Assembly: GCA_001687465.1 (NCBI GenBank)
Contig: LVLI01000326.1
Location: 1 to 64,000 of the forward strand
Reading direction: 5' to 3'
DNA length: 64,000 nucleotides
DNA from: Halocafeteria seosinensis
Taxonomy: Eukaryota
Below, piece after piece: positions 11,401-21,600 of this stretch (its first letter is position 1; every line of letters starts with the position of its first letter). Both the position numbers and the translations under genes were made by a program. The notes under the pieces are model-generated. The model made no database searches, was not told the DNA's origin, and saw nothing but the letters and a program-made list of their open reading frames with translations.

Positions 11401-14400
11401 ATGCTAACGTGTACTCGCTGCCCGGCTCAATATCGTTGGGAATCTTTGCAGTCGTATCGCTTTTGGGGAAACGAGCCCGACCAACTTCCCACGCAATACT
11501 GGCCCTTTTCAAATTTATGGTATGCACGGGAGCAAGAGGGCGAGCAACGGATTGCGCTCCGAGACTTATGTTGCCCACAGAAAGCGATTGCTCCGTTGAA
11601 ATATCCTCCATATTATTCCAGGAAATAGTGATCGGCATGCTTCCCTCGTTGGGATCGACGGTATTGCGCCCTCCCAACGAGACGGAATTGACCCAAGCAT
11701 TCTCTTCAGACTGCCCGTGGTCACTGTCATCAACCGTAATTTGAACGATGAAATTCACCTTTGTACGGCCTTGAGCGATCTCTACGGTTACGCTACCCTC
11801 ACCGGCATTGTCATCGGGAATAACCGAGATAGCATACTCGGTGGTATCCTCCCCACTAGTTCCTGTACGCCTGAGGGCAACATCACGGTGGCCAAACAGT
11901 GACCCCGAAATGGAGCTTATTCCTACATCGAGCGACGCTTGATGAGGGTTCTCAGTTCGCACTGAAAAGGGGATATATGACAATGAACCGGGATGCAACA
12001 GAGCATTCGGAGGGAGGTCGACGTCAAACGCAGGGGACGTTGAAGATTCTACCGCATCTTCCATAGAACGAGTCAAATCATCGTAATGCTCCAAAAGTTT
12101 TAGCAGCGAGGTATTTGAGCCTTTGGCTGTTTTCAACATGGCATAGTCAATACTGCAGCTTACCGCGAGAGAATTAGGGCAACGATTCTCTCCTTGGTCC
12201 AACAAGGAGCTGTCGAGTGCGTGCTCACTGAAATTGGCAAACCTCGCCATTTCCGCTTCCCCCCGAAAATCAAATCCTAAGATCTCGGTAAGTAATTTCC
12301 AATTGACAGGGCTCTCGGGAGAGATCCCGTAAACAGTGGTATAATGTACGGCAGCATACTCGCCCGAATGTGGTATATTGGAGGCTGTTGCGTTCCAATC
12401 GCGACCGAACGTGACAAAGAGATCATCTTCCCACGGCCAATGATTTTCTGTAGACCGGTTCCACAGACGTCCAAAGTCGTAAAATATGTCGGAGTGCTCC
12501 ATTCTTGAGAGGTCCGTGGGATTACCGTTGGGAAGAAATACAGGCTTGTCAAAGGAAGACAGTATGCCGCCACAGAGCCCACTAGGTCTGAGATGCTGAT
12601 TTGGTAATCTGAAGCGGAGCTCCGCGTGGAGAAATCCGCCACTAACAGTCTGGACGGACACGAAAGAGCCGTCAACGAATGTGAGAAGGACGTGGTCGTC
12701 ATTGAACTGCAATGTCACAGATCCAACAACAGTGGAGAATCTTCGATTTGCAAAAAGGGGTATAACTTGGCCGTCTATGACAGCTCTGTTGGTCGTCAAA
12801 ACAACTGAAGGAAGTAGCGATGCTGGAGAAAGCCCCCTAAAGTTGCGAAGGGCTTCCGAAGAAATGCTGATGGCACGAATATAGGAATAGTCCGTGCCTT
12901 CGTACTGCTCCATAAGGGCGTCGATGTTCAGTTGGTGTCGTTTATCGGCGTATAGGAGATGTGGGCCGATTCCCATGTACTTATAGGAGAATCCCGCGAA
13001 CGTTCTGAAGTTACAGAGTCCCCAAGCGTAGGCAGACAAAAATTCACTGGGTGTGGTTCTCACATTATCCTCTTCATCTTCGTCTGTTTCCCTATCGGAA
13101 GTCACGGAGATGTCAAACTGTTCAGAACCTGCTTCGGTACTCACCCTGACATGGGAACTATTGAAGGCTTCCACCGTACTTTCAGATGGAAAAACGTACC
13201 CGTTGCGAACAATAACAGTTGCAAAACCTCTCAGAGTAATCATGCTCGTCCCCACGGCACCCCGGTGAGGTGAGAGCTTTAGCTCCTTCGAGGCATCAGT
13301 GCCTTTCACCGTAATCCCAGTCCTAGGTATTACTCTTTCATCTGTAATTTTGAAATCGTAATCAACCCCAACAACGGCGATAGAAGCTTCTTCCAAATTA
13401 TGTCGAACTTTTAGATCCACTGTAGAAACACCACTTGATGGAATAGTGATTTCATCGATTCGTTCAATCCATACAGAGAACAAGGTTGGAGGGCGGCTAG
13501 GTGACGGGGATGCTGGTGGCCTTGTTGGGCTAGGCGACGCCCCTGGCGCAGGTGAAGCTACAGGTTGAAGGATAGTAATCGATGCTTTTACTATCTCCGA
13601 CTTCTGATACCCCGGCAAGGAAGCGTACGCATGCACCAGGTATTCTCCCGGAGCATTGAGTTCCACATCTGAAACATAAGGTCGGAAGAATTCGTGAATC
13701 GGGCTGATACGATACATCAAGGAAGCATCTGGAACGTCATGTTTAAGGGACAGCCTCACTGGCCCTTCGTCGTACATGAAGAGTTGCTTTGTTGGTTCGA
13801 GAAATCGTGGTGGGTGAGATATTGGGAGCGGATCTAAAACAGGTTTGACCCAATCCCGTTCACACTCGACGTCGCTTGGATTGATTTCGTTGCAGTAGGT
13901 TCGGATCGAGTTGATGCATTCGTCAGATGGCTGCGCCCCAACGCAAGTAGAGCAATATCCCTCGAAGTTCTCGTTTAACGAAGAAGAAGAAGTCGAAGTA
14001 TTAATACCCTCCGGACCGCTCCGAGCTGAGCACAGTCCCGTAGAGGATGCGCGGTCCAGAGCACATTTCCGGATGCCACTGAGAGGCTCGGCTGGACATT
14101 GAGCGTCTTTGGTGCACAGAAACGTACAGGAGCGTCGCTCCCAATCACACACGCCACTGGCACACTGTGAATCGTCGTCACAACATTCTGCAAAGTGTAA
14201 TTTGTTTGATACTGCGTCATCCTTAATGCAATCGCTAGAGATATTAGGAGTCGTCAAGTTACAGACATGACAGGGGCTTTCCAAAAATGAGCTATCGAAT
14301 GGACAAGGTTCACCACAGTCGTACGGACACAACTCCGAGTCTTCACCTTCCTCGCAGATCCCGTTGAAATCGCAAGGCTGAAATGGGCACTGGCCTTGTT

Positions 14401-15115
14401 GCTCCTTAGGTTCACCAGTGCGTCCAGCTAAGACATCAGTCATCAAAGAAGCTACCCAATCTCGTTGACAAGTGCTATCCCTCTCCAAATTGCGTGAACA
14501 ATAGTCCACTATCTCCTTTTCACACTGAGCGCTTGGTGGTTGGCCAATACATCTAGTGCAATACCCGAAACCGTCCTCATCAATCCGGCTCCGTGCATCA
14601 CACACGCCTTTGGCGTCACCACTGTTTTCCTTGAGGCAAGTCGGTTGCAATCCAGTCGCCGCGCTGATGGGACATTCATCATCGTTGTGGCAGTTAGCTG
14701 AGCAAGCACGCTGCTCGAAGTAGCAGAACCCTGCAAAAGTAAGGTGGCAAAGAAACAAGAAGATGTTCTGACTACCGTTCTGATAAGAAGAGGGGCACAT
14801 TCGGGGACACTCACCCGACTCGCATTGATCATCGTCGTCGCAGCACTGCCCGAAGAAGCCTTCTTCCGCTGGTCCCTGGCATTGATCACTCGGGGCCAAG
14901 TAATCAAAGCACGAGCTTCCGGGAAGACAGGGAGAGTTGCGTCCGGCACTGAAAGGGCATCCTGCGATGGTATCGTCGCGATGCATTCCATCGCACTTCA
15001 CTTCCTTCTCATCCGAGAGCAGGAATCGTGGATTCCATGCGGAATCCGAGGCTTGCACCGAGCCCAGTGCAGCAACCAGAACGAGGAATCCCATCACATT
15101 ACACGACGGCTTCAT
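8432..15115 (-). CDS. Large type-I membrane protein (Cys-rich repeats, Fn3-associated/Ig-like, VWD-like, 5x TSP1, EGF-like, TM); exons 15115-14815, 14730-8432 (~2,199 aa)
   Basis: Signal-peptide-like start MKPSCNVMGFLVLVAALGSVQA and an 84-nt in-frame GTGAGT...TTGCAG intron at 14731-14814. Domain signals: five WxxWSxCSxxCGxG TSP1 units, EGF CVHGDC...CVCDDGWTGSAC, DxCGVCxGDG repeats, VWD-like AWGLCNFRTFAGFSYKYMG, and TM IILAAVPVAAGIFALLLIGAIIFYV followed by basic residues. Confidence 0.88.
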   Translation of the reverse strand: MKPSCNVMGFLVLVAALGSVQASDSAWNPRFLLSDEKEVKCDGMHRDDTIAGCPFSAGRNSPCLPGSSCFDYLAPSDQCQGPAEEGFFGQCCDDDDQCESGECPRMCPSSYQNGSQNIFLFLCHLTFAGFCYFEQRACSANCHNDDECPISAATGLQPTCLKENSGDAKGVCDARSRIDEDGFGYCTRCIGQPPSAQCEKEIVDYCSRNLERDSTCQRDWVASLMTDVLAGRTGEPKEQQGQCPFQPCDFNGICEEGEDSELCPYDCGEPCPFDSSFLESPCHVCNLTTPNISSDCIKDDAVSNKLHFAECCDDDSQCASGVCDWERRSCTFLCTKDAQCPAEPLSGIRKCALDRASSTGLCSARSGPEGINTSTSSSSLNENFEGYCSTCVGAQPSDECINSIRTYCNEINPSDVECERDWVKPVLDPLPISHPPRFLEPTKQLFMYDEGPVRLSLKHDVPDASLMYRISPIHEFFRPYVSDVELNAPGEYLVHAYASLPGYQKSEIVKASITILQPVASPAPGASPSPTRPPASPSPSRPPTLFSVWIERIDEITIPSSGVSTVDLKVRHNLEEASIAVVGVDYDFKITDERVIPRTGITVKGTDASKELKLSPHRGAVGTSMITLRGFATVIVRNGYVFPSESTVEAFNSSHVRVSTEAGSEQFDISVTSDRETDEDEEDNVRTTPSEFLSAYAWGLCNFRTFAGFSYKYMGIGPHLLYADKRHQLNIDALMEQYEGTDYSYIRAISISSEALRNFRGLSPASLLPSVVLTTNRAVIDGQVIPLFANRRFSTVVGSVTLQFNDDHVLLTFVDGSFVSVQTVSGGFLHAELRFRLPNQHLRPSGLCGGILSSFDKPVFLPNGNPTDLSRMEHSDIFYDFGRLWNRSTENHWPWEDDLFVTFGRDWNATASNIPHSGEYAAVHYTTVYGISPESPVNWKLLTEILGFDFRGEAEMARFANFSEHALDSSLLDQGENRCPNSLAVSCSIDYAMLKTAKGSNTSLLKLLEHYDDLTRSMEDAVESSTSPAFDVDLPPNALLHPGSLSYIPFSVRTENPHQASLDVGISSISGSLFGHRDVALRRTGTSGEDTTEYAISVIPDDNAGEGSVTVEIAQGRTKVNFIVQITVDDSDHGQSEENAWVNSVSLGGRNTVDPNEGSMPITISWNNMEDISTEQSLSVGNISLGAQSVARPLAPVHTINLKRASIAWEVGRARFPKSDTTAKIPNDIEPGSEYTLALVPLSNQKDQKQVVESEPFTITPVVVWATGKWSSCDSQCGPGKMVRDVTCVSNATKKQEPEEFCDSPKPSEWQLCKGEECGDSELPSIAFVSTPWSKCSEDCGWGNRTRELVCVKTDGMKKINSNDCQEDVERPPIVDSCFLQKCPEYQWSFSRWGDCSATCGNGSRTRQVYCEEIHSRSVVLSDSCPLEERPSEKEECFAGECMRVKWQPMEWSRCSHACGGGKKRRDLKCVFSVNGTETSLTECDREIGSRPATQKECNTRACNWYVWRGSEWGDCTGNSCSNGTRSREVECIDYDSGQKANQSHCDNSAKPTTSEPCMPSGCDPCDIAQCVHGDCNRQGDGEAKCVCDDGWTGSACSIQQNSPCLAENGIPDANGTCCLSNVLNSNGQCCSFDVYSDPTRDEGGECCSKQEVDACGICGGDGRSVDREGRCCHGVLAPDKSCCKSGTLDACGVCDGDGSSCRCSVSAAFTVNTSTLPGEEVDAISSADSPQRSVFEENVEPKLVNTLEMPAGTVDLESVQKTEGEPTLKLTFSVSPRHEVDTPYGSCDSVENALSNFFGSEPLIEGLNFQDDSIASLAESACGNGVCELGESCTDSAENRCCDDCPKLLSCPSATNEPCSGRGACDGASGACACDHGVAGKKCDQCALGFTQVSGTSELPISCVLSRNMPSSQIGDSESGSGDDRNGDSSGGDGDTDKGDQNGDPGGEGDGDNNDRDSGTDDPEDEEDAGSGDSNQDKSESSNVIILAAVPVAAGIFALLLIGAIIFYVAKVRGRSRRQEFRKHSKPTGQAISSGLYTNPLTAKECKSEYKGSPVSRAQQYGSSPSSAAAVYSSPGPRAEESTVRGVSNPVTSQPTINETKAGSQSVVMQSNQYYFNQGRLGASRRSKAGTPQHFRNVDKERKQLVNEATVSQKLGNKHTKKEFDQTNAPVPIPTSPEPETSADNAHTPPNNPLRSLDYESLRRIGEKRGSRRKRAFGRTQSTRFK

Positions 15116-15579
15116 TTTTCTCCGTGACAGTGAGTTTATGGATATAAGAAAAAGGGCGAATTGACTTCCGATCCCCTGCAACAGCATCAAACACAATGAC
15201 TTTGAGCAAGACGCGATGCGGTCATGCCTGATCTCCCTCCTCGACGGTCTTTTGACTCCCTCTAACAATGAGCAGTCTTTCCTTGATTCCCAAGAGCATA
15301 ATCGAGCCCTCCCAGCGTCAATTCCACTGTCATGGACGTGCCCAATATTCTCTTGGAACCATACCATTAGTGTGGAGGGAAATTGAGAGGAGTCGAAAAG
15401 CGACGTCATTGTTCGTTGGGAAGAGGTCGCTAAACCTCAAGTCGGCTTACCTTAAGTGTTTATACACTTTCCAGTCGTAGAGAACGCGTTCCTGTACTTT
15501 TGATGCGGTCTCATTAACTCAATCACCCAATTAAAAGAAAGTAACCAACAAAAGCGGCAGGAACTAGGTTACTTGTAGC

Positions 15580-15676
15580 GTCGGAACTTCGACTCGGAAG
15601 AGGAAGATGCGACCTCCTCGCTGGCTTGAATCCGATTCGGAGGCTCCGACTCGAGCCTCCGAGTCGAAGTTCCGAC
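15580..15676. repeat. 19-bp perfect inverted repeat with a nested, overlapping 10-bp inverted repeat
   Basis: GTCGGAACTTCGACTCGGA (15580-15598) is the reverse complement of TCCGAGTCGAAGTTCCGAC (15658-15676). TCGGAGGCTC (15637-15646) pairs with GAGCCTCCGA (15653-15662). Confidence 0.85.
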
Positions 15677-16354
15677 CGACTCCACGTTAGAGTTTTCGAG
15701 GCGGGATTCGATTCGAAGCACGCCGGNATACGACATCGAAAGCAGAATCGCTGTGTCACACCGAGCTTGTGGGGTGCTGTCTGCTACCACATATCTGCTG
15801 AGTTGGTTGCACTGTACCACCGACCATGCCGACTTCCGATTAACCTTGACCTTTACCAGATGAAAGAACCCATTCCGGTAATTGAAGGGGTTAGTTGGAT
15901 GCCCCTTTTATCTTGGGTTGCAGCTCATCTTTCTCTTTGGTTAAACCAGTAAGGCGCTGTCGCGCATCTTCGGGTTCTATCGAGCCATGGCGCGGTCACT
16001 TTTCTTCTTCACTCCTATATCTGCTATACATATGTATGCTTTTCAGACGTTTCTTTAGTAGTTCCAATGAGCAATGCCATGACGTTCTTTTACACAGCTT
16101 TGGCCGCTAGGATCATTGAAACGATTTACCTACAGTAAGTTCAGGATCGTTTGTATTATTTTATTTAATCGTTTATTCGTCACTGGGTCTTTACAGTGCG
16201 ATCGGTAGTCCCTTTGGCTACAAACAGTCAGCTTTGTACATTGACACAAAGGGCTGCAATTTCGCTGCAATATGATGTCGCATCACCTTCTACACAAGGT
16301 CTAACTGTGTATTGGTATTGCTCCGACCGGAAGACGTGTCTGCTACAGGCTTCG

Positions 16355-16660
16355 CTACGCCGTATGAGGGGTGAGCACTGCCCGGAACAGGTCCAACATC
16401 GTCACGTTGTGGCGCATCAACGTGACTGACAGTTTGGCCGTCATCAGCTTGCGGAAGTTCCGCATCTCCCTAGTTTCCCCGGTGCTTTCTTGGCAATTCT
16501 CTTGAGGAACTTAATTGCCCCTTCCCGAAGCCGCCTGTCGCCTCTAAGGGAACCGGGAAGCCGTGCTTCTTGATTCATGCCGTATGTTCAAGTCCATTTG
16601 TCAGCGGCGCATGCCTAATGGTGTTCTTGGGGGGATAGAGACAGAGAAATTCTCCTGGAG
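16355..16660 (-). mobile_element. Degenerate 3' remnant of a non-LTR retrotransposon with restriction-like endonuclease (CRE/R2-type C-terminus)
   Basis: Allowing two frameshifts in G runs, the minus strand reads KHGFPVPLEATGGFG/GAIKFLKRIAKKAP/GETREMRNFRKLMTAKLSVTLMRHNVTML...*. This fits the FxPxxxETxGxxGxxAxxFLxxLA...LSVxLQRxNA pattern at the end of RLE-type LINE ORFs. Confidence 0.5.
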
Positions 16661-16917
16661 TATTCAGTTGCACTCATAGCATCTGCCGCGAAATTGTAAA
16701 CCTTATTGCGTGTTGACGTTCAACCATGACATGACTACCTCTATGTTCAGGTGGTTTACTCGCTAGCAAGTACGGATACTATACAATTATTGCATCCAGA
16801 TGATTGAATAACACTTATGCCATGTCGTATCCAAAGATACGCACCATGGGTATGCATGAAAAATGTCGATATTAATTTCGCATGTGAGATAACACTATCA
16901 ATAGAGGAGAGAATAGC

Positions 16918-17951
16918 CTACGAATGATCCTGGGAAAGTTGGGGGCGGCTGGTCTGCACGAGGCAACTGGCGAGAGATTGCTCCTGAGAACTAAGGACCA
17001 CCTTATTAGCAGCCATTCCTTCCGTTTTCTCCATATGCTTTCCTGGGGCATTATAGTGACAACCATTCAAGCAGGTTGGTTGAACAGCACTCTGGACTGC
17101 GGATTCCGCAGGTTGCATTGTGACTGTCGCTCCGTTGGTTTTATAAGACCCCGTACAACCAGGGTCTTGAACAGCCATAGTAGTAGGAATGCCCTCTGTT
17201 GGAAGCGAATTCCATGCATACGCCACCGCTGGCGTGCATGACTGATTTCTTTCCGCGAGTAATGAGTGTATTATGTTGTTATGCAGTGCCAGTTGCTGGT
17301 CCCTCTCTTGGAGACGCTTTTTGAGAGTTTGGATCTCCGACTGCAAATCCTCTATCTCCCTTTCCTTCTTTCTTCGACTTTCGGCAGCACTCTCGCGATT
17401 CCTGAGTTGTCGCGCAGCCTTCCGAGCTTCGGGTCTGCACGATTTAGAAAAACAGGGTAAGCAACATTGAATTTCGCCAAAATTGTACTCATACCTATCA
17501 CCAAAATTACTTACCCATTGCCCGCTGCAATTCGTTGTAATTCTTCATTCGATACACGAGCTCGGCTTCCACGCGAATTTATCTTGGAGCCACCACCGTT
17601 TGTGGCCGAGGACTTGTTTCGTTGTTGGGCATCTCCATTACCACTTAAATTCCCACTCCCACTATTCGGTTCCATGCATGGCGCATCCGGTTTCTGCCGC
17701 TTGTTTCTACTTCTTCCGACCGAGTCCAGCGTGAAAGGCGTCATCTGACTCCCCCAAGAAAGCACTGCTCCTGCGGCCTGAGGGGAGGGTTGTCCACGTG
17801 TTGGGGGATGCACCGGGGCGGCTGAATGCCCTCCGTCCGAGCGCCGTTTTTGCCCCACATACACAGGTATATGAGCATTTCCATGCGCTTCCTCTTGGTT
17901 TTCCAAAGCATTTTGATCCTTGTTAATATCTGTGGAGTTTGTCATCGTCAT
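16918..17951 (-). CDS. bZIP transcription factor; exons 17951-17515, 17434-16918 (~317 aa; start codon uncertain)
   Basis: An 80-nt GTAAGT...GTGCAG intron (17435-17514) joins the two ORF-track fragments. The basic region RKAARQLRNRESAAESRRKK is followed by heptad leucines IEDLQSEIQTLKKRLQERDQQL. Confidence 0.88.
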
Positions 17952-18619
17952 GTGTCCGGCATACGTGAAGAAAAAGGCACACTTTCGGCTAAATTCGACC
18001 GTCTCTTGTGCCACTTGTTCCAAAGATTCGCCAGATGTTTACAGGTGGCTCTATTGACACAGAGTCGTTTCGTTCAGCACACTCTGCACGTCCTCCTGCA
18101 GATAATGTCTATTTGCACCTTTTAAGCTGGTAATTGAGGGCGTTGGAGACCGAGAGAACTCAATATAGAGCAAAAACAACGCGGGGGTATTTGCGGAATT
18201 CGTGCCCCGGAGGAGTCCGTACCAGGATGTTCGTCGAACAATGCTCTATTCACGGTTATTATACGTCTGCACCAAGAGGCGTATACGATCTCTAAACACA
18301 GGCGCAAACATCTCCCCGCTGAAAACCTGCAGTGTAACCAACAACAAAATCGAAACGTCAATGACTCATCTATGGCCGCTGGAAGCTTCTTCCCGGACGG
18401 GATGGGGAGACGCTGCCGGGCTTGACAGTTATCGGATGACCCGACGACGGTTGTAGGGAAGGAAGAAGCAAGAAATTGATTCCAACGGGAAATGCTTAGA
18501 GGTCAGGGAAACGTTGGCTGCAGCTGTGTATCATTATGTCCTATCCGCTTGCGCATGCACCCATTGAGTTGGGGTAGCTGTGGCAGAGCAGGCGGTATTG
18601 GAATCTTAACATTACTTTG

Positions 18620-21600
18620 TCACACTACTGATTCAAGAGTTTCCCGCTTCCAAGAGCCTTGATCCCTGTTTCTTCGGCGACGACGTCCTACTGAACGCGC
18701 TCCGGTAGAACCAAATTGTCGGATTGCTTGGAAATCAACAACACGCAAGGGATTATCAGCTGGATTGAATTGTCTGGTGTCTCCAATGTTGCCCAGCGTA
18801 ACCTTCTTGGAAGCATGCGCGTCTTGGGAGGACTCAATAGGAACCCTCGAGCTCGTTTGCTGGAATTCAGTCTTTACCAGCCTCCGCCGTCGGCTCAAGT
18901 GACAGGATTCGTATGCTATCTTCTTTCGCTCCTGCATCGGATTAAGCCGAACGGGCACTTCCGCTTCCAAAGCTTCACTGCTAACCATCCGTCCCCGGCT
19001 CTGTTTCACCGATAATGATCTTCCGCGTAGCAACTCATCAGGAGAGACACCAATGTCATTATGCCCCGAATTCATGAGGTCTTGCGTTGATTGAGGATAC
19101 ATTTGCGGAAACTGATTCTTCTTCCTTATATCCCGTCTGCTCCGGCCCGCCAAGTCATTCATTAAATCTTTGCGCTCAGATTCGGGGTCAATGGACCTCG
19201 AAGATTCGCTACTCTGCAGATTTTTTTCTGTTGAAGACGAATGCATGTTTCCCAGACTCTGGTTGTTGGATCCCAGACGAACGCGTTTGCGTCTTGACGA
19301 CTGCGAGCGCATTTGCGAGAACTCATTCTTGCTTCTAAGTTGCCGACGCGACCGTCCAGTCAATTCTCTTTGTTCCTCTATCGAGGCACTCCTAAGATGT
19401 TTACCCTCAGGGGAAATATCGCTGCCTTGTCCATTGACCGACATCTTCGTATCATCGAGGGACGGAATGCCCTTGTGGTCCCCTACAGCCGCCTCAGCTG
19501 GGGTTGCCTGAACACCACTCTTCGCATCACCGGCAAAGACATTGGCCCGATGCGGAAGCGGATTCGAGTACATGAAAGCCTTGATCGCATGGTGTTGATG
19601 CGTGTGCTTCCCCGTTTTCGGAAGTTTTCTTTGTGATCGAGCGCGCGCTTTCCACAAATACAGGGCTAGAAGCAAGCATATCGCCGCCACGAAGCCAGAT
19701 ATACTGACTAAAACGATGACAGACATCGTTTCATCACTACTTTGGTCTGAACTACGGGAATCTCTTTCAATATCACCCTCCTTTCGATTCGTCGAAGATG
19801 GAGAAGGCTTCGCGCTTCGGCTACTCGACGCCGTAGACGTGGCAGTTCCGGTTCCAGAGGAAGTTGCCGTCGGAGAAGTAGTCGATGTTGGGATCGACCG
19901 AGGTCCGTTTGGTGCTAGATTAGTCCGGGTGTTAGGAATGCACTTGGCAGGGTATTGCCGAGCAGCAGACAGCCTGGTGTATCCGGCAGCGCAGTCGGTA
20001 CAGGAATCACCTTGGTACCCATCGTCACAGCTACAGAACCCTGAAGAAGCAACGCATACACCTCGACCCGAACACTCAACCGAGTTTGATGCGCTGGGGC
20101 ACTCTTTTAATGGTGATCCACAGTCGCTCCGACAGCACTTGCCGCCGGACTGTTCGTCGCACATTTCTCCCGACTCACATACCCCGTTTCCGCAGAGCCC
20201 ATCTGAGAATGTGCCAAGGATCCCATCGAAAGGGTCCTCTAAAGCTCTTTTTACACCGATGCAGGAGTCAACAGGCGTATTGTGATCCATTCGAGGACCA
20301 ATACGGAAATCAAGCAGCAGTTTTGTTCCATTCTTCCTCGTTGCAATCTCATTTATGTTACGTATCTCTACCTCCTCTCTCGGCAGTTCTAGCACAGCAG
20401 TAGCCCTCTCCTCCATGTTATCGATGAACAAAGTGTAGTCGGGACCCGAACGTGATAAGACAGAATCCATTTCTCTGGCGCTGATTACGCTTGAGTTCAT
20501 CAAAAGCGTCGCCGAAATCGAACACTCGCATGAAGCTCCGTCCCCGTCACAGACTCCGCATGCATCGAGAATGCCAGAGGGACAACAGGTCTGGTCAGCA
20601 CTAAGTACACCTTCGCAGCATTTGCCATACCTGTCTACAACCTTCGCTCCACCATCACATACGTCGCAGACATCAAGTGCTGACTGCCCTCCGGGACAGC
20701 AGGCTCCATTCCTGTCACGTACTGGAGCAATCTCGGGGCTTGACGAATTACAACATAAGCCCTCCGAGTCTAAGACGCTACTCATACAACAGGACCCATT
20801 AGCAGTTAGCACACCGCCTTCCAAAGTGCACGGGATTTCATGCTGGTCACAAAACTCTCCTCTCCAATTTTCTTCGCACTGGCAGAGAGGTCCGCTAGCC
20901 TCGTCATAGGTGCAGTTTCCGTGTACGCACCGAAGCGAATCGCAAAAATCACAATGTGATGGCAGACAATGCTCTTCCGTGGTCGGGTGCGGAATTCCTG
21001 CACACAGTGTCGCGTTTGCTAGATCACCATCATTGCTGAAAAGGCACTTTACATCCCGATATTTGGTGGCGTTGTTATAGCCACATGTACCATGGCAGTC
21101 ACTCCACTTTCCGATGCTCCACTCCACCAAAGAGCAGTCTCGGTTATTGCAAGCCTTATTCATCGCCGGCTTCGCACTGCTTGCGTGTATTTGGCAAAGC
21201 GTCTCATTGACAACCTTCGCAGTTACAGTATTGGTGCAATAAACATTTCGAAAACGTTCGCCACCCCCACAGATTCTTGTGCAACGTCTCCACTCGGAAG
21301 CTCTCCATTCATATAGAGTACAAGGGGGTTGAAAGCATGGCTTCATTTCAGGTGGCCGACGATCGTCTTCACAATTGGATGAACTAACAAACGACTTAGT
21401 AATGGAATTCCGGCAAAAAACATTCCTTCTTTGGGTCCCATTTCCGCAGAATACATCACAGTCTTCCCACTTAGAAGCAATCCACTCATATTCCGGGCAT
21501 TCTTGCATTGTGCATGTCTCATTTTCCGCAGGGATTGCTTTCCCGGCTTTGATGCATGGAGAGAAGTCTTCTAGCACTTCACCGGTGCGAGAAACGCAGA

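Noticed and set aside
15116..15409. N-terminal 98 aa of the 2325-aa ORF in the track
   Set aside because: The signal peptide and the homology to the paralog begin at the ATG at 15115; the upstream part is probably open 5' UTR.
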